Made by a program: the position numbers and the translations under genes. Positions 12,370-24,619 of a stretch of 64,000 nt of DNA are shown piece after piece. The notes under the pieces are model-generated. The model was given only the letters and a program-made list of their open reading frames with translations. It had not been told where the DNA came from and made no database searches. The DNA comes from a bacterium (GTDB lineage Bacteria; UBA8248). Each line of letters begins with the position of its first letter. Positions within the stretch are counted from its first letter, which is position 1. Location: positions 1,152,001 through 1,216,000 of the forward strand of contig CBDBZY010000064.1 in NCBI GenBank assembly GCA_965213685.1, read 5' to 3'.

Positions 12370-13520
12370 TGTCTGTTTTTTGCTAGTTGGTAGATCCTGA
12401 ACTAGCAGAGGTGGAAAGTGCAGAACCAAGGAAGAAGTTGAATGAGCACCCATTAAAAGTTGCATCAGGAATGCTGAGACCACGGATGATCTTGTTTGTG
12501 AGATTAGCGGTGTTGGGAAATGTTCGTAGATGGCTAATGTTGAGCAGGTTCTACAGCATGTTCTGTGGCCAAATGGACAAAGCACCATTGCAGGTCATCC
12601 ACATTGGCATGCTGGACAACAACTTTGGGTTTGGTGTTTCTACCCTTCAGTCCTCCTGGTCAGTTTTCGATACATCCTCTGTGTACCACAGGAAAAGCCA
12701 TTCTCCAGGATGCTCAATCAACTCAGTCTGGCATGGACTACGATGTAGTTGGCAATGCTTCTTTCCACTTCGAAGAGTGAAGTAGTACCCAGTGTAAAAA
12801 ATCATAGTGTTCAGCAGTGCGTGAGGACTATGGTCTCCAAACAAACCCTTTGCCCAAAGGTTGTCCTGTGTCTCTGATAGTGTCTCTGCCTGTCTCTTGA
12901 TGAACCCACGCCTTCCTGCTGGAGTCTCTTGATCTCCACATCAAGAGAACTATGAAACTGGGCAAACACAGGGTCTTTCAGAAAGTCGATGTTTGGCTGC
13001 CTAGACCACCATATATGCCTTATTAGGCCCATGACAATGTGGTGGAGGGTGTTGGGGGGGATAAACATTGCCACACTTCTTCCTGACCTCCAGTACAAAC
13101 CTCATCAAGCAGTAATTCAGTTGTTGTTTTGTCATTTGTGTTAGGCTTGGAATGGTTGCTTCTGTTGTTTGTATTCTGTGTATTCTACATTCATCAAATA
13201 GTCGAACACAGTATTTAGTGTTTGCCACAGATTTGGCAGGAACAGCCCTCTGTCGAACGCGCTCTATCTCTTCATCTGTATGTGGCTGTACAGAGTGGAC
13301 GGAGTGGGTGGGGGTGGTGTTACGGCCCAAGTACAAGCTCCAGTGTGGTTGTTGCACACGAGTGAGCGCAGTTTTCCAGTTGAGGGGTGGAGCTCATAGC
13401 TCTTGCTAGCAGCTGCAAGTAAGCAGTCTATGTAGTTGTTGTCAAGGTTGCCATCACCTTCACTGTTGTACGGAAGTTGCTGCTTGAAAGAATTTTGCTC
13501 CCAAATAGCTGTTCGCAATC
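12370..13520 (-). mobile_element. Decayed Crypton-like (DUF3504/ZMYM-QRICH1-KCTD1 type) tyrosine recombinase
   Basis: TDEEIERVRQRAVPAKSVANTKYCVRLF...LMRFVLEVRKKCGNVYPPNTLHHIVMGLIRH...FHSSLDVEIKRL...GDHSPHALLNTMIFYTGYYFTLRSG...YTEDVSK; frameshifted. Confidence 0.85.
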
Positions 13521-14094
13521 TTGTTTCTAAGGCATTTTCTGTTACTAGGGTGTTTAATGGGTTTCCTTAGCTAAAATAGTTAGACACCTCGTCCAATGAC
13601 ACTCGGACACTACAGCCCAGGCCCCTGGCCCTATTAATTCCCGTAGTTTTCATGGACTCAGTGTCTATCTATTATATATATATATAACCCCTTGATGCTA
13701 CTTGTATGAGTAAGGCAGTCACATACATGCAGTGAGGATGTTATAGGCCTGAAACTTTTTGAGGGGCTCAGCCCTTCTTCCACAAACACACTATCATACA
13801 TGCATACTAAAGTGTTGGTGCTCAACTTCGAGAACGACATCTTCCTGTAGGGTACGGTGGTACAGCAAAAATGCACACAAACAGGAATGAGAAACATTTT
13901 TCCAAAAATATAGGGGTAACTTGGGTAGTCCTCCTGTGCCCTGTGCTGCCTGCACACGGCCATCCATATATCTAGTTTGTGCAGTTTTTGCCACTGCCAT
14001 CCCTACATCCTCTGCGTTTTTGGATATGTCTTTCATTCTTGTAAAAATATCAAGGCACATTATAGCCAGTTTGACCTTTGGTATACAAGCCATG

Positions 14095-14570
14095 ACCATT
14101 GAATCTGAGCTGCTTGCCTCTCCTGTAGCAGGTACTGATGCTGTAGTAAACGGGGCACAGCCCCATTTCCATAATTGAAGTGATTAGTTGCCTTGCATTG
14201 TACTGATAAAAACTTCCAATAGCGTAGCACTCACTCTCCATCGCCTTCCTTTGTGGCATGATGAAAACCATGCCAAAGAAGACCAAGTGTGACAACATCA
14301 AGAAAATACAGGTGAACACGACATGCTGCTATAGCAAAATCTTCACTTGGCTCATTCTCTGGTAACTTCATGAGTGTGGCAACCACATATTCTACATAAT
14401 CTATGTTGCTCAATGAGTACAACATATGAGCAACAGCAATTATGTGTGAATGGAGTATCAAGAAAGTCTTCAGATGCTTAGCTTTTTGATGGGTCAGAAC
14501 AAACAGCTGTGTGATTTATGAGTGTTTTCAGCTGGGACAGTGTTCCTCTTTCGATTTGATCGAGTTGCCA
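14095..14570 (-). mobile_element. Academ-type (DUF6589-like) transposase fragment
   Basis: YFLDVVTLGLLWHGFHHATKEGDGE, followed in shifted frames by RYWKFL...HQYLLQERQAAQIQWS. This is the EGDG..R..WK..W pattern of DUF6589/Academ proteins. Confidence 0.7.
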
Positions 14571-14629
14571 AATAACCTATTGTGTTACAACACAAATGAA
14601 TGAGCACTGTAAACACTACATTTGTACAT

Positions 14630-15455
14630 TGTAGTAATAATCATAATACTCGAGAGGCTGCCCTAGCAATCCTGCCATTGACCACGTGCCCAGTGAAGGC
14701 GGGGCCAGTTTACATGAATCATCAGTTATACATGTAGATAACTTACCGGTCACTCTCCCTGAGTGACTGAACTTACCAAACTTACCTCTTCTCTGCCCAC
14801 CAACCACAGTGCCATCCCTCGGATCCCCAGCCGAGGACTGAGACTGAGGCTGGGTAGAGCATGGTTCTCCATATAATTTGACCTTCCTAACCTCCCACAA
14901 ATCGATTATGTACTCTTTCACTAAAGCAAGCATAGAATCAAAATTCTCCGTCCAAAGCTCACAACCTAACACAAAAGAAGCCCTTTCAATATTATCTAAT
15001 GCTTCAAAGTCTTTAAAAGCCTCTCCTAATGTGGACCTGAGCTTAATCATGAACTCTTCTCTACTATCCTTGTAAGCAGGACACTCCCATAAAACATGGA
15101 CAACACTCTTGCACTCATCGCCAGATAAAACACACTCAGTCCTGCCATTCCTTCCCCTATGCCTACCGAACTCCTCATTCAAACCATGTGTTCCTGACCT
15201 AAATTTAAACAAGAGTCTAGTTCCGGCATCACAATCCCATATGGTACCTTTTGAACTCTACTTGCTTACTAAATGCTTTATACAACCCTAACTTAACCTT
15301 GCTATTCAATCCTTCCACATACTCTTTATTTTCTCTATTAAACAGTCATTCACATTCGATAAAAACAGGCTTAATGGACATTGCCCCTTCCTAATATCAT
15401 CTAACAATTCACCTTTAGGCAATCCTAGCACATCAAATAATTCATCTACATACTT
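14630..15455 (-). mobile_element. 5'-truncated LINE 3' end (C-terminal zinc-binding region) with a degenerate (TAT)n tail
   Basis: FKFRSGTHGLNEEFGRH...ECVLSGDECKSVVHVLWECPAY; on the minus strand it ends in GAGTATTATGATTATTACTAC. Confidence 0.8.
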
Positions 15456-18400
15456 ATTCCAAGGCTGACGCAAGATTGAGCATACAACACAAGATGGAGC
15501 AACTGGAACAGACCACCTTGCAGGCGTGGCTTAGGTGGCCGATGAGTGATTCGAGTTCCTTTCTTGTGCAGGCCCGCCTATCACCCCACTGCTGCAGGAG
15601 AGCCTGGACCCAGTGTAGCTTGTTAGCCGGCAACCTGAGTTGGCCTGCCACGGTGTCTACCTCAATCCCTAGGTAGCACAGACATGTTATGGGGCCGTCT
15701 CGCTTGTGGTTAGCAATTGGGACCCCCAGGGAACGACATTCATGGTCCAGTAAGGCCAATGAGTCACTGCACTGATTTGAGTCCAGTGGTGCGACTATAA
15801 TGAAGTTGTTGAGATAGTGTGGAATTAGTGGTATGCCAGACTGATGCAGATGCCAGCGGAGTGCATCAGCCACTTAAAAATCTTTGGAGCTGACCTTAGA
15901 CTGAACGGCAGCATCATATCGATGTACACCCGGCCCTTCAAGCACATTACCAGCAAGGGGCGGTCGTGTGGATATACGGGGATCAGATGATTTGCCGATT
16001 CGATATTGCCTTAGCCAGGAGTGCCCCACAGCCCAGCCTTGTGACCAGGCCGGTGACTTCGTCAACGGTTGAATAGGTCAGCGAACAGAGTGATGGGTAG
16101 ATCCCATCGTTGACACTGTGCCCGTGTGGGAACGACAGATCGGTTATGAGCCGCCACTTCCCCTGGTCATGACCCTTGGGAAACACTGAACCAGTTAATC
16201 TGGAGATGAGGGAGATTCGATAAGCCATCACCACCAAATGGGCCTAATAATCAGGCGAGTGACAACTCCTTCAGATAGTCGGATACCACCAACAGATGCT
16301 CAAGGGCCAAATGCATGTTATCTGGGGCCGACCATAAGTGGAATGTGCCAGAGAAGCCAATGTGAAAGCTGAACCTCATTCCCACACAAATATACCGAGC
16401 AAATGCCCTGTCCGGATGGTGGGATAGTGCCCGAGCCCATGCTTCCACGACCAACAGCGTGGAGACTAGCTCAAGCTGGGGTGACGTGCATGAGATTGCT
16501 CAGTGGCAGGAGTTGAGGCACAACAGATCTGTTGTATACTCATACAACAATATTTCTGTGGCATCACCTGTGGGATAATGGAAGAGGGATCATGCTCAAG
16601 CGCTACCTTAAGGGTGGCCCCGATGGGCCGTCACACCCTTGGGGTGGAACCTAACTACCCTAGCTGATTGACTGATACCCCCCTTTCCCAATGAATCAAC
16701 AATGATATCATTAATTTTACAAACCACCATCATGAGTAAACATGCAGTGCTGCACTACATACATGTATACTAGCTAAGCTACCCGTGGACTGTTCCCTAT
16801 GATCTGTGATCCGTTGGGATGAATCGACACACATATCATTAATTTTATGAACCATCATCATGAGTAAACATGCAGTACTGCACTACTTATACTAGCTAAG
16901 CTACTCATGGTCTGTTCCCTGTGATCCGTCGAGAGATGGGGGAGGGGCAATTGTTTACTGGCAGGAACCGAGGGGAGTGCCTTTAGCTGGGATATGATCC
17001 AGCGGGAGGTGGGGTGAGCGGCTCCTGACTGGCTGGCTCCTTGGACAGTTGATGAGAGGGTGACCTGCCCCGCAATTGCTGCACTGGTGCCGGTATCAGC
17101 ACCAGGGAAATCAGCATTGGCCCTCGTTAAAACAGCGGCAGATCTCGTTGCGACCTTGCTGCGGAGCTGCACTCATCGCTGGGGACTGCAACGGCCACGA
17201 GGAGGGGACAGGGAGCCAACTAAACAACGGCTGATCTGGGTTGCGAGGGCAGTTTGCGTCTCCATGGTCGTCCTGGAGACAGAACCCGCACCGGGTGATA
17301 GACCGTGCTCATTCAGTGAAGGCCTCACTGTACAGCTGTGGGTCTGGGACGGACCAATTCAGGTCTCCCCTCACAAGGGCCTCCCACCTGTACTCTCCAT
17401 CATAGGCTACCCACCGTTTCCCTTCGTAATTACGTTTGGCTTGTACAATTGAGGCTTGATATGCAAACATCTCATCCGCCTTCTCCGGGCATTTCGTGCA
17501 CATGACTGTTGCCATCAACGAAAATCGCTCAATCCATTGCAAAATGTCCGTGATTGGGAGCCTAGCAGGAGGTGGTGGCTGGCCCAAGACTTGTGTGGCC
17601 ATATCATTGACGACCACCTCTGCCATCTCGACGAATTCTAAGTCGAGAATTCGCTTGACCTCCTTTGGGGCCAGGGATGCAGCCAGATTGAAAGGCCCTG
17701 GTTTTGCCAGGAGAGCCCTGCATGTGACCTTGGCTGTCTCATCCCCCGATCCACCGTCAACCTGGGCTATCGCATTAGCCAACATATCCAGACTGCAGCT
17801 CATCCCCTGTTTGGGGGAGAAGATCGGGACTGAGTGCTGGACCAGCGAGGTCTGGGCGTCAGTCTCTGCAATGGAGGGGGGGGAATTTAATTTGAGGGAA
17901 GCATTGTCCGATAATGCGACAGGTTACACGTTACACAATTGCCACATGTACGTGGGATCCTGGTGCCGACCAGGTACGGTGATTAACAACGGCCCATTCG
18001 CGCTGCACATAAGTACATGTGTACATGCGTACGTACATACCGGCCTGCCACTGATTATGTAATTTAGTACATAGGGGCATGCGGGCCTTGCATACTTGCT
18101 ATGGTTACTGAATCGCCGGCTGGGTACAGCCAGCCTGTATCCAGGAGTTGGCAGGTACTGGTACCGGGTCCAGGTACAGGTATGGGTACAGGTACTGGGT
18201 ACGGCGGCGTTGCACCGGGGCCAGCAGTGGGCACATGGGCCCTGTGAAGCATGAGCAGTGGTCGCCCGGCATATGCACTAAACCCGGGTGACTGGGCCAG
18301 CATGGCCCACCCCTAATACTGACATTCGCCCCTGGCCATCGAAGCTATCGCTCCCCTTGTGACTGTACCTCGGTACTTGCCGAGTGACACAAGTGGGGTG

Positions 18401-18790
18401 GGGCTCAAGAGGGGGCTGGGCATGTCTCGCAAGCATACGATAAGTAAAAGGCTCCGTGGCGTGTAGTGTTAGAGTGTGAGGTGCCAGCTATGCTCTTACC
18501 TGGCTGCGGGGTCCTTTGGGAGCCCATGGCTTCCTTGTCTGCGTTGGGAGCGGACTGGGACCGAAAGCATTCTTGAGCCAGGCCACTTGCTGGGCCGAGA
18601 ATGGCGGTGCAGAAGACTGCGGAGTCTCCTCAGGCTCATCGCCCATGACATAGTCGGTCCCAAATGCTGTAAGAAGTGCTCCGAGAAACCGACTCCCCGC
18701 TATTCGAATTGCCTGGCAACTGTCGCGCAGCGCCTTCAATCGACCTTCACTACATGCATGCACGCCAAATGCGACTAGTATAGTGGCACG
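15456..18790 (-). mobile_element. Degenerate DIRS/Ngaro-type retroelement copy 1 (gag-like ORF, RT and start of RNase H; 3' part missing)
   Basis: RILDLEFVEMAE...WIERFSLMA...EMFAYQASIV...WVAYD (gag); HHPDRAFARYI; GKWRLITDLSFP; PHYLNNFI (decayed YLDD); YLGIEVDT...LESLIGHLSHA. Confidence 0.9.
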
Positions 18791-18977
18791 TGACGAGCCC
18801 GAATCCTGCCGTTAACTATGTTTAACTCCATTAGTTCTTGGCCATCTCCTTAGAAAAAGGAATAGGTATGTTCCATGGCGTGATCTTGAAACTCAGGCAT
18901 GTGTTGGAGTATCATTCAATCACACAATATACGTACATTAACATAAAATACTCACATGCACAAACAAGGAACACATA

Positions 18978-19448
18978 CTGTATTTCCTCGAATAGACGTC
19001 CCGGCGTATATTTCCTTCACGACTCTGCGGACCCAGCGTTTAAATGAGGCCAGCGTTTATACGGGGCCGGTGTTTATTTACTTTACATATTGCTTGCCCA
19101 CGCCCACCCACGCTATGTAGCGCACGCCGAGGTTGAAATTCACTTCAGTTCGTGCGACCGTATGGCAAGCCAAGGGACCAACAGGCACACTCAATAGCCT
19201 TTAACTTGAAGGACACGTCAAAGCATCTCTTCTGTGCCATCGAAGTAGCAGTAGGTGAAGTTCAGCTATCCCCTTTGAGTCTACTGCGCGGTGCACATGG
19301 ACTACGTGCCATGCCCCCAAGCTGGTACCGGGCTGACCCGGCATCTAATCGAGGCCCGGTGTTTATTTGCTATACTGCCCTTAATACCCCCAGCGGTTAA
19401 ACGTGGCCAGCGTTTATTCGAGGGAGGCGTCTATTCAAAGAAATACGG
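18978..19448. mobile_element. Tc1/mariner-type MITE with TA TSD
   Basis: ta|CTGTATTTCCTCGAATAGACG ... CGTCTATTCAAAGAAATACGG|ta. A truncated second copy of the left end lies at ~21188-21245. Confidence 0.8.
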
Positions 19449-19647
19449 TACATACCTTGCCACAAGAATTTCACACTCATGGCATACTTTGGTTATGTCA
19501 CAAGAAGGTAGGAAGGAATGTAGTAGACTTGATCACAGGCCTTTGTGGTGGGCAATGATATATGATTATGCAGTCTTGTTACATGGATACACACACCTGT
19601 TTGCTGGTACCATTCCTAAACAGTGCAACTGACATTGCTCGCTGTAC

Positions 19648-19960
19648 TTGGGATACCTTTGTCTCAATGTCTGTGACATAATGAAACATATTGATGGCTT
19701 ATTACATTCATGCAGGGCTAAGTCTTGCACGTTGTTTCCAAACTTATGTAAGATAGCTACAATCAGTCTCTCAATCCCTGTCTCAGCAGCATTGGTAGAA
19801 AGAAGCATTTCCCAGATGAAGTTAATCAAGACCCGATTACGAAGCAGCCTATATGACAAAAGTCTTTCTCACCTGATGCAAATTGCTATTGAGTTCCCAG
19901 CTGAACTACCAGACAGTCACTTAGAAGAAGTGGTTAATGTATGGAACAGAAAAATAACAG
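19648..19960 (+). mobile_element. hAT C-terminal dimerization domain fragment
   Basis: LFPNLCKIATISLSIPVSAALVERSISQMKLIKTRLRSSL...LSHLMQIAIE. Confidence 0.8.
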
Positions 19961-19991
19961 TTTACGTAGGTATTAGTATACTGATAGTACA

Positions 19992-20994
19992 TGTCTAATG
20001 CACCTAGGTCTTGCACTACTCCACAGGCGCTTATCACAGACTCGGAGACTAACTTACAAGAACATACAGACTGTATAAATGGGCCCAATGTGAAGCGCTA
20101 GGATGGGCCTAACCTACTGTACATACACACTGACATGCACACTAATGACAAAATGAGTTCAAAATTCAACATTTCCCCACTCCTATCCTCAGCTCATCCT
20201 CAAGTTGATGGGGTCTCAGTCTCTTCCCCCACACTGCACCTCCTCTCTCTGGCTGCGCCACCCCAGGGTCCTCCATCTTCTGCCCAGGAGGGTGACTATC
20301 TAGAGCATCATCCAGTCCTCCCGGCTCTGCCTCTTCATCTTCACTCCCAGACTCTGAAGTTCTATCTCACTTTGCAGGCTGTACTCGTCCGCTGTAGTTC
20401 TCACAGTCTCCAGTGTCTGTTCTGTCTGCGCAAATCGCTCTGTCATCTCTTCCATCTGCCCTCTCATTGCCGCCTTCTCGCTGGTTAGAGTCTCGACAGA
20501 CTGACTTAGTTCTTCCACCCTCTCCTCTGTCTCTTGTTCCCGCTGGCGCATGGCAGCCTCCAACTGAGACACAGCTTGGGATAGACGCAGGTTCTCAGCC
20601 TGCATTTTCACCAACTCGTGCTCCAGGTGCATGGCCGTGGCCACCGCTGGGCACTCCTTCCTGAGTTTACGGTTTTTGGGCGTTGCGCTCCACTTGGAGC
20701 GCGTCTAGTTGAGTTCTTAGAGTCTCTGTTGTACTCATCTCGGTTTGGCTCTCATCTCAGGCTTCGAGTTCGGGTTTGGCTTTACGGTTCACTACAGCAA
20801 TGTTGCAGATGTGATTCCAGACTGGCCCCCAAATGTAATGCACCTCGGTCTCGCACTACTCCACAGGCCGCGCTGAGCCCAACAACAGACTTGACCAGAG
20901 TTATTACAGACTCAGAGACTAACTTACAAGAACAATGTCATACAGACTGTATAAATGGGCCCAATGTGAAGCCCTAGGATGGACCTAACCTACA
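19992..20994 (-). mobile_element. Internally deleted LTR retrotransposon (two LTR copies, tRNA-Pro PBS, gag N-terminal coiled coil)
   Basis: Direct repeats at ~19992-20120 and 20834-20994. Minus-strand ACA|TTTGGGGGCCAGTCTGGAAT resembles the tRNA-Pro PBS TGGGGGCTCGTCCGGGAT. Coiled-coil ORF at 20300-20644; purine tract GAGGATAGGAGTGGGGAAA precedes the 3' repeat. Confidence 0.75.
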
Positions 20995-21912
20995 TGTAAA
21001 ACTGTTAACACTACTGTTAATGGCTCACAAAAATTAATGGTTATACTTTCAGTTATGTTAAAAACTAAGAGTCTAGTCCCATAATGAGTGTTGTTATATT
21101 TTAAAGGGGGGTAGGAATCATGATGCCAAAACTGCAGAAACTATATAAGTGAAATGGTAGTGTGCAGGCAAGACAGGACATACATACTGTATTTCCTCGA
21201 ATAGACACCCAGGCATTTATTTCCTTCGCGACTCTGCGGACCTGGCTAGACCCTACTCCGAGCGCAAAGCGCAAAGCTTCGCGCTCAGAGTAGGGTCTAG
21301 CTCGATAGACTAGCCTACACTCTGCCATCCCTATACCAAGAATCTGTGGTGTTTTGACACTGCTATCCCTACATGTTTCAGGGAAAATAAGAACTTGTGT
21401 AATTGTAAGTATAAATGCTAGTTTTCCTTCTTTGGCACACTTACTATGACTCATGCGGTCCCTTTGTTGTAATGAGAGCACAAACAGTCAGTGAACCAGT
21501 TGTTTCTCGGTAGTATCTTTTTCTCCTCAATCTGTAATCATATGAGCTGCATTGGTTCAATAGAACAGTAATGATGCCCAGGGTTTTTCAAAATGTACTT
21601 TGGATGTTCTGTACAGAATTCAAACTTCCTTGTCATCTCTGTGTGTTGAGATCCTAATGTGCATATCCTCTCATTCTATAAGCTACCAGCTGGTTTTGCA
21701 GTGGTGTCTCTCTTATGTAGTAGAATAGCCATTTTTCTAGTAGCCATTAAGACAGTTGGAGGAAATACTTATAACTGCTATGCGCTGTAATAGATGCACA
21801 TACATACATATACGTATACATGTATGTACATACGTATGCAGACAGTCTTACACATGCAAGCTATATATTACAGTGTACGTGGTGCTTGTACCTACATCTC
21901 ACTTTTCCAAAG

Positions 21913-22014
21913 GTTGCTAATGCAATGGATGAATATGGTATTTCCTACAAGATCACCCTTAATTCTGCTGTGGAGTTTGGAGTGGTGTGGGATGCTCCCA
22001 CTGAGGAGGGAAAG
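21913..22014 (+). CDS. Host gene exon C (CABIT-like)
   Basis: ttttccaaag| ... |gttagt; 102 bp, phase 0/0; VANAMDEYGISYKITLNSAVEFGVVWDAPTEEGK. Confidence 0.8.
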
Positions 22015-22049
22015 GTTAGTTTCTCTCTGACACATACAAATACACATAT

Positions 22050-22606
22050 GTGACCGGATCTGCGAAAACCGACCACCTTGTAAAATATGTACATTAGAGA
22101 TACGGGCGTTTGAACGCGGTCATGTAGTTCCAGACCCAAACTTTTTTTATTATGCCACTGTAATCTTGGGTCCTTTAGCTACATCGTGGTGGAGTTTGAC
22201 AGTCATCAGCGCTTCCGTTCGAGCGCTATAGCGTGAAACATGCAGCCTATTCAAGCGCCCCGTTATAGTCTAGTATAGTATACGATGTGCGTTGCTAAGC
22301 CGAAGAACATGATCTACAAGCTACGCTAACGACTTGTAGCTTGCCTAATGGCTATATCGTATGGAGAATCAGTCGATTACAAGTAAACACGAGTACTCGT
22401 GTAAAAACTGTAAGTATCGCGGAAGTATATGGACTACGCAAAACACGCCCTAGCAACCGCAATAAACGCCCTTTTTCCGGAAACTATACAGGCGATCGCT
22501 TCCAAATTTTCACCAGACCTAGACCACACCTCAATGACATCATTCATTGCGCTATCTCGATTTCGATAGCGGGTACAAGGTGGTCGGTTTTCGCAGATCC
22601 GGTCAC
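22050..22606. mobile_element. MITE with ~30-bp TIRs and ATAT TSD (AWWT, Sola1-like)
   Basis: atat|GTGACCGGATCTGCGAAAACCGACCACCTTGTA ... TACAAGGTGGTCGGTTTTCGCAGATCCGGTCAC|atat. Confidence 0.85.
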
Positions 22607-23700
22607 ATATTTTGCATTGTCTTTGATATGTGGAAAAGTGATCATGAACAGTAGTTCAAGGATGACCCATGTTCCTCCTCAATCCTAGCATCAAGAAGGG
22701 TTTGGCTTGCACTATGGGCGTATTGTCACCATCCCTACATAGAGAGTCTACCAACTCTCTGATAAGCCACTGCTCACTGCAAGTTTCTCATGTGCCATGA
22801 CCCAGTCACAACATGCTCACTATTATCCCATGCACACATATACGTACATGTATGTACGTACCTGAATAGCAACGCAATGAAATGTTATAATGGGGTAACT
22901 GCCTTGGCAAAGTACAGATCATCCCAGGTCAACAATACTTCCAGTTCTCTTGCACACCTCCGTCATAGTCGGTGTTCTGCCATGGGGATTCATACTGCAC
23001 AGGCGTGATTACATACGTACTCCTGTAAGGATGTGTGTGCATACATGTGTCAAGTGAAGCTTGGAATGGGTCAGAAACCAATGTTTGAGCGAAAAAGATG
23101 CCAGTTGTCATGGGTGCATTAGAAACTATAGTAAGTCACATGCTGGTGTTGTGTAGGGGTGAGTTCTCTCATCTGACTCTAGCTGTGCATGAGGTTTTCT
23201 GTGCATTGTGTCAGGGTGCAGGAGTAATGCACAGATGCCCTGAAACCAATGCATGATTCTCTTTAGGATACTTTCAATGAAGCATCCTGCATATACATAT
23301 GTGTACACTGATATAACTTTTACCATTAGTTCACCATGCTGTCTGAAAGTATGTACATGATATCCGATTGTTGGTGGCTTACTCTGTCTGTTTACAAGTA
23401 TAAATGACGTCTTCCAAAGCAACAATGGATGGCAGTGCCAAATAACACAGAAGCTAGGTGTAGGGATGGTGTATGCAAGCAAGATAGGGCATAAGGAATG
23501 CAGAAGGAAGCCCATTCCTACACGTTTCCTTTGGTACATAACATCCTTCTGCCCAATTAGGGCAGTGCTGGTTTTGGTGCTGTATCCATGAGATATTGGA
23601 AGCAGCATGGTGCAGTAAAAAAATGTAAAGGATTTAAGGATTGGCCTCTGTTATATTCTTTGTATGCCTTGTCTTTTTATCATGTTTCATTGCTACACAG

Positions 23701-24195
23701 GGTGCTGAAGTATTCTTTGATCGCGTAGCAGATTTGCTTGCATTGAGTTCACCACCCAAAGTGGTACGTGCAATGAAGCAGTGGAGGGGGAGTGGCCCAG
23801 ATTCTACTGTGGAAGAAAATGAGCTGTTTGCCATTCAAAAAACCTCCAAAGCTAAATTAAAGAATGCACGAGTTCTCAAAGTCTACAGTTTGAAGTATAA
23901 GAAAAAGAAGATATTGCCTGAGCACTGTGTTGGTGGGTTTTCTGCTCGTCCATACGATTGCCGCCTGTTCCTTCCAGAAATAACAGAGCTAATACGTGAT
24001 AACCTGCCAATTAAAGTTATGCTCTTTGTGAACTCTGAAACAGCCCAGGAACTCCCTCAGTCTCTTGCATCTTCCATGGTTACTATTGAAGGTTTCAGCA
24101 CTGAGACCACAGTGGTATGTACCACTGTACTCCATGAGGGTCTCAGAAATGATAAGCTGGTGGACATCCCCATCGATCTTGACATCAGTGTGCAG
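23701..24195 (+). CDS. Host gene exon D (CABIT-like, largest exon)
   Basis: ctacacag| ... |gtacat; 495 bp open, phase 0/0; FFDRVADLLALSSPPKVVRA...LPEHCVGGFS...NLPIKVML...DIPIDLDISVQ. Confidence 0.85.
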
Positions 24196-24267
24196 GTACA
24201 TACACACGTGTGAGCCCTTCTACATGTATTTATACAAATCTTCCACATTCAGTGCCTGTCAGCAGTT

Positions 24268-24600
<333 letters not shown>

Positions 24601-24619
24601 TTAATTCTACAGAGCATAT

